Counted from the stretch's first letter, positions 12,320 through 24,854 are shown. The stretch: DNA of 64,000 nucleotides from the human T2T-CHM13v2.0 reference genome, Homo sapiens (GCF_009914755.1 NC_060944.1), one strand, 5' to 3'. Numbers and translations: made by a program. The notes: a model not told the origin generated them from the sequence alone.

Positions 12320-12540
12320 CATCCATTCTGGCAGGTCTCCTTCCTATTGGCCCAGCGTGGGTCACATGTCCTTCCTAGCCAATCACAGTGCCCAGGGAGG
12401 TGCACTCTCATTGGTCCACGTGGGGTCCCATGGCTGTCCTGGGGCCAGGTGGGATGGTTCCCCCACACAGTCCATGCAGAGCAAGGGTGGGCCGGGGTGA
12501 TTTCCAAAGACTGGCAGAAGTGGGTCTCGGCAGGCAAAGC
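12320..12540. mobile_element. Old MLT1 (J/K/L-like) LTR fragment
   Basis: attggcccagcgtgggtcacatg...ccaatcacagtgcccaggg...attggtcc. Confidence 0.5.
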
Positions 12541-13434
12541 CAGGGCTGACGGCAACCTCCTTCTCGGGCCTGACTCCAGCCTCATGGCTTCCTTGCTGCC
12601 CCTAAATGCCCTCCTTTGCTGCCCCTTGCCCCCCCTCACTCAGCTGCCTCTCCTTCTGGGGCCTGTGGCCTAGGATCTGGGGCCTGGGGTCTGGGGTCTG
12701 GCCTCCATCTTTTCTGCTGGACACTGGCCCCCTTGGGCTCCCACTACACCTGCACCTGTGCTCCAGCCCAGGCAGGGTCTAAGCTCCCTGCATCTTCCAG
12801 CCCGGCCCCCAAGGGACAGGACCCTGCTCCCGTATCCCCAGCAGTGTGGCACATTTACAGGGGCAGACAGGTCCTGTTAGAGGAAAGTAGACGCTGTGTG
12901 ACAAGACCTTCCAGAGACAGGTGGGGACGCGTGCATTAAATATCAATGAAGGTTTTCTGACGAGACTCCTGACTTCTCATGTTGGAGCCAGAAAATGACA
13001 GGGACTAATCAGGGGATGGCATGGGCGACACCTCTGAGGGCGAACACGCTGCGCTACAGGTTGACACTTGGCGCTGCCTATCCCCGCAGCCTCACGGGCT
13101 GAAACAACAAAGAACCCGTCTCGGCTTTGGACTTGGCTTTAGCTGTGTGGCTCTCTGATAGGCAGGATTATTCCTAGCCCGAGTCAGAAGCAGAAGCTGC
13201 CTCCACTCTGGCTTCTGTGCAGTGACAGCTCTTGTTAGCCATCAAGTTCAAGGAGCTCCTTGGACGCCTCACATCTGCCCCAGACAGTTTTCAGAGAGTC
13301 TCTCACTCTTCTGAGCAGCTGTCCAGACACCGCTGGAGGCTGGTGCTGTGTCGTCACAGACCGGCTTCCTAAGCTTACAGTCCAGTGGGCGAGACAGAAA
13401 GAATGCAGGCAACAAAATAAGAATACAGAGTTCA

Positions 13435-13727
13435 TTTTTTGTCTTGTTTTGTTTTGTTTTAGAGAGATGTGGGCTCACTGTGCTTCCCAGGCTGGTCTTG
13501 AACTCCTGGCCTCAAGTGATCCTCCCGCCTCAGCCCCCTGAGCATCTGGGTCTACAGGCATGTGCCACCATGTCCAACTAAGTTGTTGTTGTTTTTTATT
13601 TGTTTTTTATTTTCTTTAAAGACAGGGTATGTTGCCCAGGCTGGTCTTGAACTCCTGGCCTCAAGCAGTCTTCCTGCCTCAGCCTCCTAAAGTGCAGGGA
13701 TTACAGGTATGAGCCACCGTGCTGGCC
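13435..13727 (-). mobile_element. Old Alu (AluJ-age or FLAM-FLAM dimer); right arm lacks the usual insert
   Basis: Two arms, each containing cccaggctggtcttgaactcctggcctcaag; T-rich tail and linker. Confidence 0.85.
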
Positions 13728-13769
13728 AGTGTTCTTAATAATAAAAAAAATAGCTGGCCATGACAAGGG

Positions 13770-14130
13770 CTAGGATGACAATTCCACTGGGTGTGGTAGG
13801 CACTGCTAGTGTAGCCAGGTCCCCTGGGAGCCAGCCACCCAGCCCCTGCCATCATGAGGTCGGCTTCTTTGCTAATGATTCACAGCTGGACACCTCCCAG
13901 AAGACGGAGTGGGGCTGGGAGGTGCCTGGGAGGAGGGTCGGCCCACAGAGGCAGCCTCCTGGCCTCAAGGCTCAGTTCATACACCAGGGCTTCCCGTGGG
14001 GTGAGGCTGAAATGACCCAGGCTGAGACATCACTCGTCCCTCCCGCTGGTTCTAGGGGCTCTCCCTAGTCAATAACTTGTACGAGAATCCCTGTCTTGGG
14101 CTCTGTTTATAGGGACCCCAACCTAAGACA
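13770..14130 (+). mobile_element. LTR16-family (ERVL) LTR
   Basis: The 3' end gaatccctgtcttgggctctgtttatagggaccccaacctaagaca matches LTR16 termini. Confidence 0.6.
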
Positions 14131-15275
14131 CAGGGATCCAGAGGTCCAGGTGGGCCTCTCTGTGGCTGAGGCCCAGCCCTGAGCGCCACAGTCAGGTCGC
14201 CCTCTGGTCAGCTCTGTCCTGCCGGGCACTGTGTTAAGGGCTCCCCAGACAGCACCAGGTCAGGCAAAGGCTTCAGCTTGCTGCACCTGCAAACTCCGAC
14301 TGTCCCGAGCGGAAGGACCCTGCCAGAAGGACCCTGACTACCCACAGGCTGGAGGGGAAGGCCGGCCGGTTGGGTGATCCCAGGGCTCTGGGTCTTGACC
14401 GGGCTCTGGCATTGCAAGGAAGGGCTCCATCTGTGTTTCCACACTGGACTCATTCTTGACTCCAGGTCCACATTGGTGAGAGAAGCTGATTGACCCAGCT
14501 TAGCTCCTGGGCCTGCCCATCGGCTACGGGGAGGGTGAGGCACGTCGGTTGTATTCCCAGGACCACTTACCATGGGAGAACAATGACGCCCCCGGAGTGA
14601 ACTGGCCTTTGTTTCCAGAAGAGCCGGGAGAGTCTCCTGCAATCCCATGCCAAAAATTCAGGAGGTGCCTCTCTCTGTTAATTTGGTGCACACTGAAGGG
14701 CATTTTTGAGAAGGAGCTAATTCACTATTCCCCACCGGGCAGATCTGTGAGAACATATTCATGCCTTTTATTAGCATTCATATGACTTTGAGGGGCTTTT
14801 TGTCATTGCTAAAACTCAAAGTATGTGTGAACAGTTCTGTATGATGGTGTCAATGTTACACAACAAATGACTTCTCACTTCACATCCCGGGCTTTTCTGC
14901 TCATTACAAGAACCTAATTGAAAGTAATTGAAGGCTGAATTTCATCATGCATGAAAAGTATTTCGGAAAATGCAAGAAATACAAACATCTTCAAACCTCT
15001 TAAGTAATGTTCAAGAATCAAGGAAGAGTTGGGGGGAAAACAAGTGAGAACCCTTACTTGGCCCCACATTTGTCCAATTAATTTTATGAGAACAGGTTTC
15101 ACGTCGCCGAATCTTGCTGGTTATCCAGTACCATGGCAAGGGCTTTGGAATTACACTTTGCATCAACCTGGAAGAATCTCACGCTGGACGGGGTTACAAT
15201 TTTATAATCACTTTCCATTGAAGTAAAGTTCTAGTCCAGGACCTTGGAGAGAGACTTTTAAAAGTGGGGGTAGGG

Positions 15276-15564
15276 GGTCTGGCACACTGGCCCATGCCTA
15301 TAATCCCAGCACTTTGGGAGGCTGAGGCAGGAAGGTCACATGAGGCCAAGAGTTTGAGACCAGACTGGCCAACATAGTGAAACCCTATCTCTACAACAAA
15401 TTTAAAAATTGGCCAGGTGTGGTGGTCCACACTCTGGTCCCAGGTACTCAGGAGACTGAGGTGGGAGGATCACTTCAGCCCAGGAGTTGAAGGCTGTCGT
15501 GAGTTGTGATTGCGCCACTGCACTCCAGCCTGGGCGACAGAGCAAGACCCTGTCTCAAAAAAAA
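15276..15564 (+). mobile_element. AluJ
   Basis: Full dimer; the right arm gggaggatcacttcagcccaggagttgaaggctg is J-diagnostic. Confidence 0.92.
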
Positions 15565-16893
15565 CGGGGTTTCACTTAGCACTTGCATCCCCCAAAGCTG
15601 CATTTGTAGAGCTGGTGGGAGTGAGAGAAGGGGCCAGGATGTTCGTCTCCTGTGGAGCATCCAGGGGCGCTGAGAAGACACTCAGACCCTGTGGATGGCA
15701 GGGAGGGAACTCTTCTGACCCCTTCCAGCTTTCAGAGGCTACTTAGGCCAGCAGTATGATGCGGAAACAGGAGCTGGGAACTCTGCCCGGGTCATCACTT
15801 ACTCGTGAACCTTCGTCACATCCCTCAGCTTCTCTGGGCCTCAGTCCCTCCATCTTCAGAATGGGCTCTGTGAGATGGTCAGGTGGGGCTGACGCTCTGA
15901 GATTTTTTTCAATGGTCCCTTAAGGAATTCCAGGCGTGGAGGGTAGAGGTTTCTGGGTCTCCTCTTCTGTGCCTGCTTCAGGGTGAATGAGGAGGCTTCT
16001 GAGGCTGTGGTGAGGACACACAAGGCTGGGAACTGTGATTCCCAGGGACAGACACAGTGAGAAGCAGGCTGAGGACCAGCCTTGGGAAGCCCCCAGCGAC
16101 GCCGTTGTGAGGGGAGAACAGAGCACCCCCCCCGTGGGTCTGTCCCTCCACAATCCGCCCCAGCCTCCAGGAGCCTTCCTTCTCCTCCTCCTCCTCATGC
16201 TCTGGAACCCATGTATCATCCAGGCCAGCCCACTGCAGGTTGCTGGGTCGGCCACATCTCCCTTCCTCCCCTCCCATCTCCCTTCCCTGTGGCCTCCCTT
16301 CCTGTTTATTTTCCCTCGTGCAGAGGCTCCCACATTCTCTCTGATCGCTCCCCAAGCCCTCACCTCCATCCCCACCTTTCTCTGCCTGCTCACCGTTTTT
16401 TCCTCTGGGTCTCGGGGTGGCCTTTTCTGCTCCAGGAGGCCTCCTTAGGGCCAGGACAGCCTTGGGTTTCCCTACGCAGCTGGGTGACTGGGGCCGTCTA
16501 CCTGCCTGTCTGCCTGTCTGCCTGTCTGCCTGTCTCCCCTGCCCCTTGGGCTGCCTTCCTCATTTCACTTGTTTGTCCAGGAACGGTTGGGCCCTACCTA
16601 CCAACAGGCCATCCCTGGGGACTGGCAGCCCCGTGTGTGTTCCCAGGGCCTAGAGAAGGGTGTGGAGGGGAAGGCAGGAGGTGGGGAGGTAGGGAGCCCT
16701 CGGCTGTGCAATGCAGGCAGGGGAACAGACAGAAACCCTGAGAAAACTCTGATGTTGTTGGCAAGAAAACCAAGAAGCTCAAGCAGGAGCACTGGTTGGG
16801 GCCACGGAGAAGCTGCAGGTGCAAATGGGCAAGTTGCCTTCTTCCCTCAAGGCTCCCATGAGACTCAGATCCTAAAAGAAAATTGCCTCTCTC

Positions 16894-17232
16894 GGCCAGG
16901 CACGGTGGCTCACACCTGTAATCCCAGCACTTTGGGAGGCTGAGGTGGGCAGATCACCTGAGGTTGAGAAGTTCAAGACGGGCAACATGGTGAAACCCCG
17001 TCTCTCCTAAAAGTACAAAAATTAGCTGGGTGTGGTGGGGGGAGCGCCTGTAGTCCCAACTATCCTAGTCCCAACTACTTGGGAGGTTGAGGCAGGAGAA
17101 TCACTTGAACCCAGGAAGTGGAGGTTGCAGTGAACCAAGATCACACCACTGCACTCCAGCCTGGGTGACAGAGCAAGACCCTGTCTAAAAAAAAAAAAAA
17201 AGAAAGAAAGAAAAGGAAAAGGAAAAAAAAAG
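16894..17232 (+). mobile_element. AluS (Sx-like) with target-site duplication
   Basis: TSD aaaagaaaattgcct(c/g)tctc at 16874-16893 and 17233-17252; internal duplication of tagtcccaacta. Confidence 0.95.
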
Positions 17233-17639
17233 AAAAGAAAATTGCCTGTCTCAGCAGGCCAAGTGCAAGTCCGCCTGCCTGGGTCCTGTGCCTTCGGGAT
17301 GGGGCAAGACGGCCATGGCACCTGTTGGCACCATCCAGAGCTTTTACTCCATGGAGAGAGGGGAACTGCTCCAGGCAGCTCAGAACTCCCAACAGGCTGC
17401 AAAGGCAAGGGTCTGCGATCTGTTTTCCTGGGAACATCTCTGGGCTTAATATCATAGAAGGAGAAAGCTGAAACACCTCGCTGAAGAATTACATCCTTCT
17501 GGAAGAACTTGATCCAGGAGATTTTTAAAGTGTCTTTAAAATGCTGGGACAGGAACCAAGGGAGGCTTGATGAGTGGCAGGCAAGGCCCATGAATGCAGA
17601 ATGGCCGCCCCTTTCCATTCTGAAAGGATATCCCGCCGG

Positions 17640-18330
17640 GTGTGCATGGGGGAGTGTGTGTGTGTATTGTGTTCTGTGTGTGTGTGTTCGTGCGTATGCA
17701 TATTTTGTGTTTGTGTATGTTTGTGTATTGAATGTGTGTTGTGTGTGTATGTGTATTTGTGTTGTGTGCATGTGTGCGTGTGTGTGTGATGTGTGTGTTT
17801 GTGTATTGAGTATGTGTTGTGTGTGCACTGTGCATGTGTATGTGTGTTTGTGTATATGTGTGTATTTAGTGTGTGTTGTGTGTATGTGTGTTTGTGTATG
17901 TGTATTGTGTGTGTTGTGTGTGCATATGTGCATGTGTGTGTGACGTGTGTATGTGTATTGAGTGTATGTTGTGTGTTTGTGTACTGTGTGCATGTTTGTG
18001 TTTGTGTCGTGTACATGTTTGTGTATGTGTATGGTGTCTGTGTGTATTGTGTATTTGTGTGTTTGTTTATGCGTTTGTGTATTGAGTGTGTGTGTTGTGT
18101 GTACATGTATGTTTGTGTGTTGTATATGTGTTGTGTGTGTACATGTATGTGTGCTGTGTGTGTATTGAGTGCACATGTGTGTTGTGTGTCTGTGTGTAGG
18201 TATGCGTATGTGTATGTGTGTTTGTGTATTGTGTGCTTGTGTGGTGTGTGTGTATGTGTGTACTGTGTGTGTGTGTGTGTCATGTGTACATGTCTGTATG
18301 TGCATTTGTGTGCATGGTGTGTGTGTGTGT
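17640..18330. repeat. ~690-bp degenerate (TG)-rich simple repeat
   Basis: Directly visible. Confidence 0.96.
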
Positions 18331-21300
18331 CCAGAGCTGTGTGAGGCAGTGGTCAGGACCAAACTGACTCACTCTGACCCTGACTTTCTCCAAGGCCTTC
18401 CTTGCCCAGTGCCCCAAGGGGTCTCCCAGACCTTGCTCTACCCCGCAATGCTTATCCTGATGTACAACAACAACTTAAGGGGGTGTCACTCGTGGGAGAA
18501 GCCCTAATTCTGAGAGTGTCTGTGTCCGTCTGCGGGCTGACTGAGAGAGACCTTCCCGACCGTGCACGTGCACTGGGACAGCTCTGGCTGACAGGAGGCC
18601 CTGGTGCAGGGGCCTTCCCGGTGGGTGGGTCTCTCCCTCCCCCAGAATCTGGGTGTAACTCTCTCTCCCCGGCTTCCACCCTTGAAAGCTTAGGGAATCC
18701 ACCTCCAAAGTGTCTGCGATTCAAAACCACACAGGGTGACTTTTCTCCAGTTTCAAGTTCATTTGAAACCTGGCAAATCCTCCTGGGGGAGACTCTGCCA
18801 GAACGTTTCATGTCATCCAGCCATTTCTGAGAGGAGAACCGGCCTTCCAAGCAGAAGTCCCTGGGTGAACACTATCGCGGAGTCCCGTAAGTTATTTTAA
18901 TGTAGACATCACTTTAAACTAACCTTTCACCATCTGTTCTGTCCTCTAATAACAAATGCGGAAGAGCGTGGGTCTCCACGGCATCCTAAGGCGATCGGCG
19001 CACTGGAGGCGCCTGTCTGTGCTCCCTATTCACGGCCCATCGTGGGCTTCTGCGGTGTTTGTCTCATTTGCCAGACACAAATCAAGTGGAAAACTGTTCT
19101 CCCCTGATCTGGTGGATTCACTCGCACAGTATTTCTTCTTAATATGGTAAACTGTGGGAGAATTCAGAGCATTTTGAGAGCTGATGCTCAGAGCCCGTGG
19201 ATGCACATCACCCGCAGCCACCCGCTGCCCGCCATATTTCAGAGGCGGCCAAACGGGCCTGGAGAATAAGCAAATGCGGCCTGATGGCCAAAACGTAATG
19301 AGCTTTCCTTGAAAAACAAATTCTCTTTAAATAGGTGGTGGATTATTTTCAGCAGTCTCCTCATTAAATTTCCCTATGAAAGAGGGATTGATTCGCCCAA
19401 AACTAGCAATAGCGCACAGTGAATCTACAACCCATCCTTCCGGCTGCTGCAGACCCCGTCCCTGGCGCCCACCTCCTGCCTCCAGAAGACTGGACCTGGC
19501 TCTGTGTGTTCTCCTCAGCCCAGTGCCACTCAGCCACTCGAGCACCTACTGCGTGCTCCCAGTGCCCTTCTCCTAACCCAAAGCCAAAGCAGCGTCCATA
19601 CTCATCAGGCCTCGGAGAAGCGCAGCGCTCCCGGACGGCGGGGCTGGTGGGCTCTGTACTCCACCTCAGCTGCCTGCTCTCCTGCGAATGTGATCTCTTA
19701 GCTTTTCTCCCACCCCCGAGGAACAAGTCATCAGAGGTGACAGGGAGAGGGGCTCCTCCCCTCTATCTAGACGTTGCCCCATACCCCCTCGTGACCAAAC
19801 TTGGTGAAAACTCTCCATGGGTGGAGAAGAGATGGGCCTTGCCCATGGAAGGCCTGCAGGAATAACGTTGCTGGTGGCCTTGGGCAGTAGAGGGAGGGGT
19901 GATTAAGGCTCCGTTGGAGGCTTTTCCCATGGACCGCTGAGGGGCCCAGACCCGCCCTTCCCTAGGTCGCTGTCTCTGAAGTTCTGCTTGGTGTGTGCGG
20001 CTCAGGGCAGAGCTGGGAAAGGAACCTACCTGATCATGGGAAAGTAAGGAGGTGCATTGCGGGGGGGAACAAAGACGCTCCTCACAGACTGTGAGTGTGT
20101 GCACATGTGCACAGGAGTGTGTGTGTGTGCGCGCGTGCGCGCACCGTGGGCCTGCAGGCCTCCTCTCCTGGCGATGTCTCCTAGCACGTGAGCAGCCCCC
20201 TATTGGCACTGACCCCCATGGCGCCTTTATGATGGAAACAGCATCTCCCTCTTCCTATACGGAAAACAGCTTTTTTCTATTACGACATGAGACAGCCTTG
20301 GGGTGGCCGGTGTGCGGGGCACCTCACTCCTGCACGTAGGAACAGCTCTGGTGTGCAAATGCGAAATGCTGGCTTAAGAAAGATGTTCTCCATCAGGCTG
20401 AATTCTCTATGAATTGGAGTTTTTCCAGGGGATGACTTGCTTTCTTTGATACGAATTAAGCTGGAAGGGATACTCTATCAAACGTGCTTTGAGTCTCTCT
20501 GAAGGCTAGCCTATGATTGTCATCGTGCTGCAGAGATGAGGTGCCTGGCGAGAAGCCAGCCCTCTGTCTCTGAGGTAAGTGCTATTCAGGCGCGATGAAG
20601 GAGGCTTGGAAGTCACTGCTGCTTCTGCTGGCTGGCATCTCTGCTGGGTGTCACACCTATGCCACACATGGGGCAGTTGCAGTGGTCATACTGTGTGTCA
20701 TCAGAATTCAGAATGCTCCTGCATTTCAAGGTCTGCAAGCTTCATAAAAACCGAGTGGGCTGCTTTTTCTGTCTCGTTCTTTGCTCTGGAAAAGTTTCAG
20801 GAAATTCCAGAGCGAGCTGACCTGTCCTCAGATCTTTTAGAAGGAATTTCCTGAAGTCATACGGTATCTCCAGGTGTGTGTTCTCTGCTAGTCAAGTTTT
20901 AAATTGTATATTTTCTCAAAAAATAATCAATTTCATACAATTTTCACCTATGCTTGCATAACATATAGAGAAGAAAACGCTTTAAAACAAATCTTATTTT
21001 TTTCTCAAGTTTATCAAAGACACAGCTAGTTTCCTGAGGACTTTTCCCCTAACTACAGCTCTGGAATCTGTTACCCCTATTTTTCTGCTTTCAGATTTGG
21101 AAGTTTCTGTGTCATCTTTATTGATGACTTTGGTGTCTGCTGCTTCCTGCTTTCTTGTTCCTTTCCTTGTGGGATTGAGCGTTTGGTTTGTTGGCTGTAA
21201 TTCCATTTTGATTATGAAAACATTCAAGGTTATGGGTTTGCAGGCACTCTACCTCTGGGCTTCACTGTATAACAGTCGCGTTGTTATATTATTATTAAAC

Positions 21301-21450
21301 AAAAGAAATATTTTTAAAAGCCTCTAAAAATAACTTTGGTTCCTGTTGACCCAATGGTTATTTCGCAGTGTCATTCAGATTTCTAAAAGGTCTTTTTTCA
21401 GTTTTGTTATTAACTTTTAATTGTATCATTTCAGTAAAAGGTCCTAGTAA

Positions 21451-22069
21451 GGCCGAATGCGGTAGTTCACACCTGTAATCCCAGTGCTTTGGGAGGCCAA
21501 GGTGGGAGGATCGCTTAAAGCCAGAAGTTCGGCCAGGCGCGGTGGCTCACGCCTGTAATCCCAGCACTTTGGGAGGCCGAGGCGGGTGAATCATGAGGTC
21601 AGGAGATCGAGACCATCCTGGCTAACAAGGTGAAACCCCGTCTCTACTAAAAATACAAAAAATTAGCCGGGCGCGGTGGCGGGCGCCTGTAGTCCCAGCT
21701 ACTCAGGAGGCTGAGGCAGGAGAATGGCGTGAACCCAGGAAGCGGAGCTTGCAGTGAGCCGAGATTGCACCACTGCAGTCCGCAGTCCGGCCTGGGCGAC
21801 AGAGCGAGACTCCGTCTCAAAAAAAAAAAAAAAAAAAAAAGCCAGAAGTTCGAGACCAGCCTGGGAAACATAGTGAGACCTTTTCTGCACAAAAGAATTT
21901 CAGAAATTAGCCAGGCGTGGTTGCCAGCACCTGTAGTCCCAGCTACTCCGGGGCTGAGGTAGAAGGATTGCTTGAGCACAGGAGGTCAAGGCTGCAGTGA
22001 GATATGATTGCCCTACTGCACTCCAGGTGACAGAATGAGACCTGTCTCTAAAAAAAAAAAAAAAAAAAA
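21451..22069 (+). mobile_element. AluJ host element (21451-21530 and 21852-22069), split by AluYb8
   Basis: Left arm stops at ...aaagccagaagttc and resumes with gagaccagcctggg; J-type right arm; A20 tail. Confidence 0.92.
21531..21840 (+). mobile_element. AluYb8 (human-specific young Alu)
   Basis: Diagnostic 7-bp duplication GCAGTCC-GCAGTCC (21775-21788), plus atcatgaggtc, ctaacaaggtg and ggaagcggag; pure A22 tail; 14-bp TSD aaagccagaagttc at 21517-21530 and 21838-21851. Confidence 0.95.
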
Positions 22070-22948
22070 TTCCTGTTCCATTTTGTTTTGGGGGTATTTT
22101 TGGGGTTTCCGCTATGGCCCACTGTATTATGAAATGTTGTGATGGTCCTGTGGGCTTTGAGAAAAAAAGTAGTATATGCTAAAGACATGCTCAAAGTTGA
22201 ATGCAAATCCATTCATTCCACCTTCTCAGTTTCACCTTTCAAATCTCCGTGGCCTCCCCCAACTTCCCTGAGGGAACCCCCAGGCTCTGGGAAGCGCCAC
22301 TCACCTGTGGTGGGCTGGTGACCACCAAGTCCCCCTCCTCATTACAGGAGGTTTCGCCTCAACTGAGTGAAAGACGTGCATCTTGTTTTTAATGCTACCA
22401 GTGTCCTTTCTGTTTCCCAAAATCTTGTATGAATCTCAATCTTTGCTCAAAAACCAAATGAAGCCTTTGCCTAACCCTTCCCCATCCCAAGTAAAACTCA
22501 GAGTTTCGTGTCTGCCTGTGTCTTTCCATTTCCTCCCCCAGTTAGCAGCCTTTTCTAGCTTACTTTGGACTTGGGACCCGGATAACCATCATTCAATTGT
22601 TTTCTAAACAATTAGAAAGGCTGGGACACACATGCATTGGGTCCTAGTCTTTTCTCTCACTGTGGAGGTTGCTCTGTTTTCTTGCCTTTGTCTAGTCCTG
22701 GGTTTGATGTCAGAACACGAGGCCATTTTATACCATCATTTCCATTGTTTTCATCTGTGCTGTGGATGTCTGCCAGGCATCCCGAGTTCTCGGTGTATTT
22801 GCTGAGTTACTGACAGGCCCTAGACCTGCAGTCGGCGGCTCTCAGTGAAACCCTGACCACCGACTGTCCTTCCACTTCCCAAAGTGGATGAAAGATCAGC
22901 TGTGGTCCCCATTGTACCTGAAAATGGTCGAGCTCGAGGAACTCATGA

Positions 22949-23281
<333 letters not shown>

Positions 23282-24854
23282 TAACTCTACAGGCAGCACT
23301 CCAACTTTGGCCTGGAGCAGAATCCTGGGAAGCTGGGGAAAGCCCAGGTCGCTGGGCACTGTCCCCCGTCTAATTCAGCAGGGTGGGCCCAGGGTGGGCC
23401 TGGGAAACTGCATTTCACACACTCCCCAGGACGCAAGTCAGGCCTGGGCCCACACTGGGAGAACTACTGGTCCAGAAGGCCTCCATCCACGTGGTCTTCT
23501 GCTTTGGATGGCTCTGCGGGGCTGGGAGTCAGGGTCACCAGCTGCGATGCTCCCTCGGGGCCCCTCATGCTGCTCTTGGCCCCTTTCTCCGAAGCACAGC
23601 CCATTGTCCCTCACACCCTCTCTAGGCTGGGACAATAGTCCTGCAAGCTTTTCATTTCCTCCGACGTCTCTCGCGGCAGAAAGAGCCTCTGAAAGGAGAG
23701 CCGCGCTGATTCCCTGTCAGGGGCTGTGCACGGAAAGAAATGCTAGAGAGACGTGGGGCTGCGGCCTCAGCTTCCAGGGGGCGGGCCTTCTCCTCCCGGG
23801 CCGAACTGACCCTGGCCGAGAGGAGGGGGCCTGGGCCATGGTGAAAGCAGTGGGGAGTGCACATCCCTTCACCTCAGGGTCCAGAGCTGTCCATCACGTG
23901 TAGGTGAAGGCCTCGCCAGCAGCGCAGAACAGGCTGGAGCCAAATCACGAGGGTCACACCCCGACCTGCCCCTGGCCAGATGTGAGCTATTGGGCAGATG
24001 CTGTCGCCTCTCCTGGCCTCAGTCCCTGCTCCTCCTCATGGGGTTGTTCTGAGGACTCCAGGGTTAACCCTGGTGAGGCGTTCAGCACAAGCCCGTGCTG
24101 TCAGGGCCGTGTGCTTCTCCGTGGTAACTCGGGAACAACCATGGAAGACTTGGCCCCACCTGACAGTGTCACCTTGCTCGGTTCCACCTTCGCTTGGCTT
24201 CAGTCAGTGGCACCGAACAGGGCCCGACCCTGCAGCTTCTCACGTCTGTGACTATTTGTTTTGGGGTTCATTCATTCCATCTCGCACCAGAAGGAGGCTG
24301 CATAGGGGCAGGGAACCCTCCGGCTTTTCCACGCCAGATCTCAGGCCCAAGTACAGAGCCTGGCCTTCAGGGGGCTCACTAAGCATTCAAGGAAGGGAGG
24401 GCGTTGACGGGAGAAGATCGGTTTTGCTGTTGGCCACAGTGGCCTCCCTGACAGCCCCTGAGGCACCGTCTGAAGCAGGGTCGGAGCTGGATGGATCCTG
24501 GGGAGCCCACTTGGGAGGTGGCTGCCCTAACCCCGGTCTGCACCGGGGCCTTATCAGTCCCTCACGGCTGCCTCCTGGGAAGGCTCACGCCTTGGCTGGG
24601 TGTTGGGGAGACCTGATTGACAGTGCCTGGGCTTCGTGTGCTGGGCCCCCCAGGAGTGGCCGAGGCAGAACCACAGAACCAACCAGAGACTCCGGCTGAC
24701 GCCCCCTGGCTATGCAGCAAGAGACAGGCCCTCAGCATGGCTGCTGGCTCCCAAAACGGGCTTTGGGCTGCCGTCAACACGCGTCTACAACAGGCTCAGG
24801 AACCGGAACTCAACAGCCCTTACTGCCAAGAAATAGCTACGGACCAAGGACTTA

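Larger units (their letters stand above)
20870..22190 (-). mobile_element. Old L1M fragment interrupted by the nested Alus at 21451-22069
   Basis: ttgacccaatggttattt...ttttgttattaactttt continues after the Alus as tatggccc...ctttgagaaaaaaagtagtatatgct, collinear with L1 ORF2 antisense. Confidence 0.55.

Noticed and set aside
14196-14212. CTCF-like motif (ACCAGAGGGCG on the minus strand)
   Set aside because: Lacks the 5' CC of the core; cannot be supported without ChIP data.
17022-18507. Long His/Thr- and Cys/Val-rich ORFs (up to 446 aa)
   Set aside because: Translations of the TG repeat plus Alu sequence.
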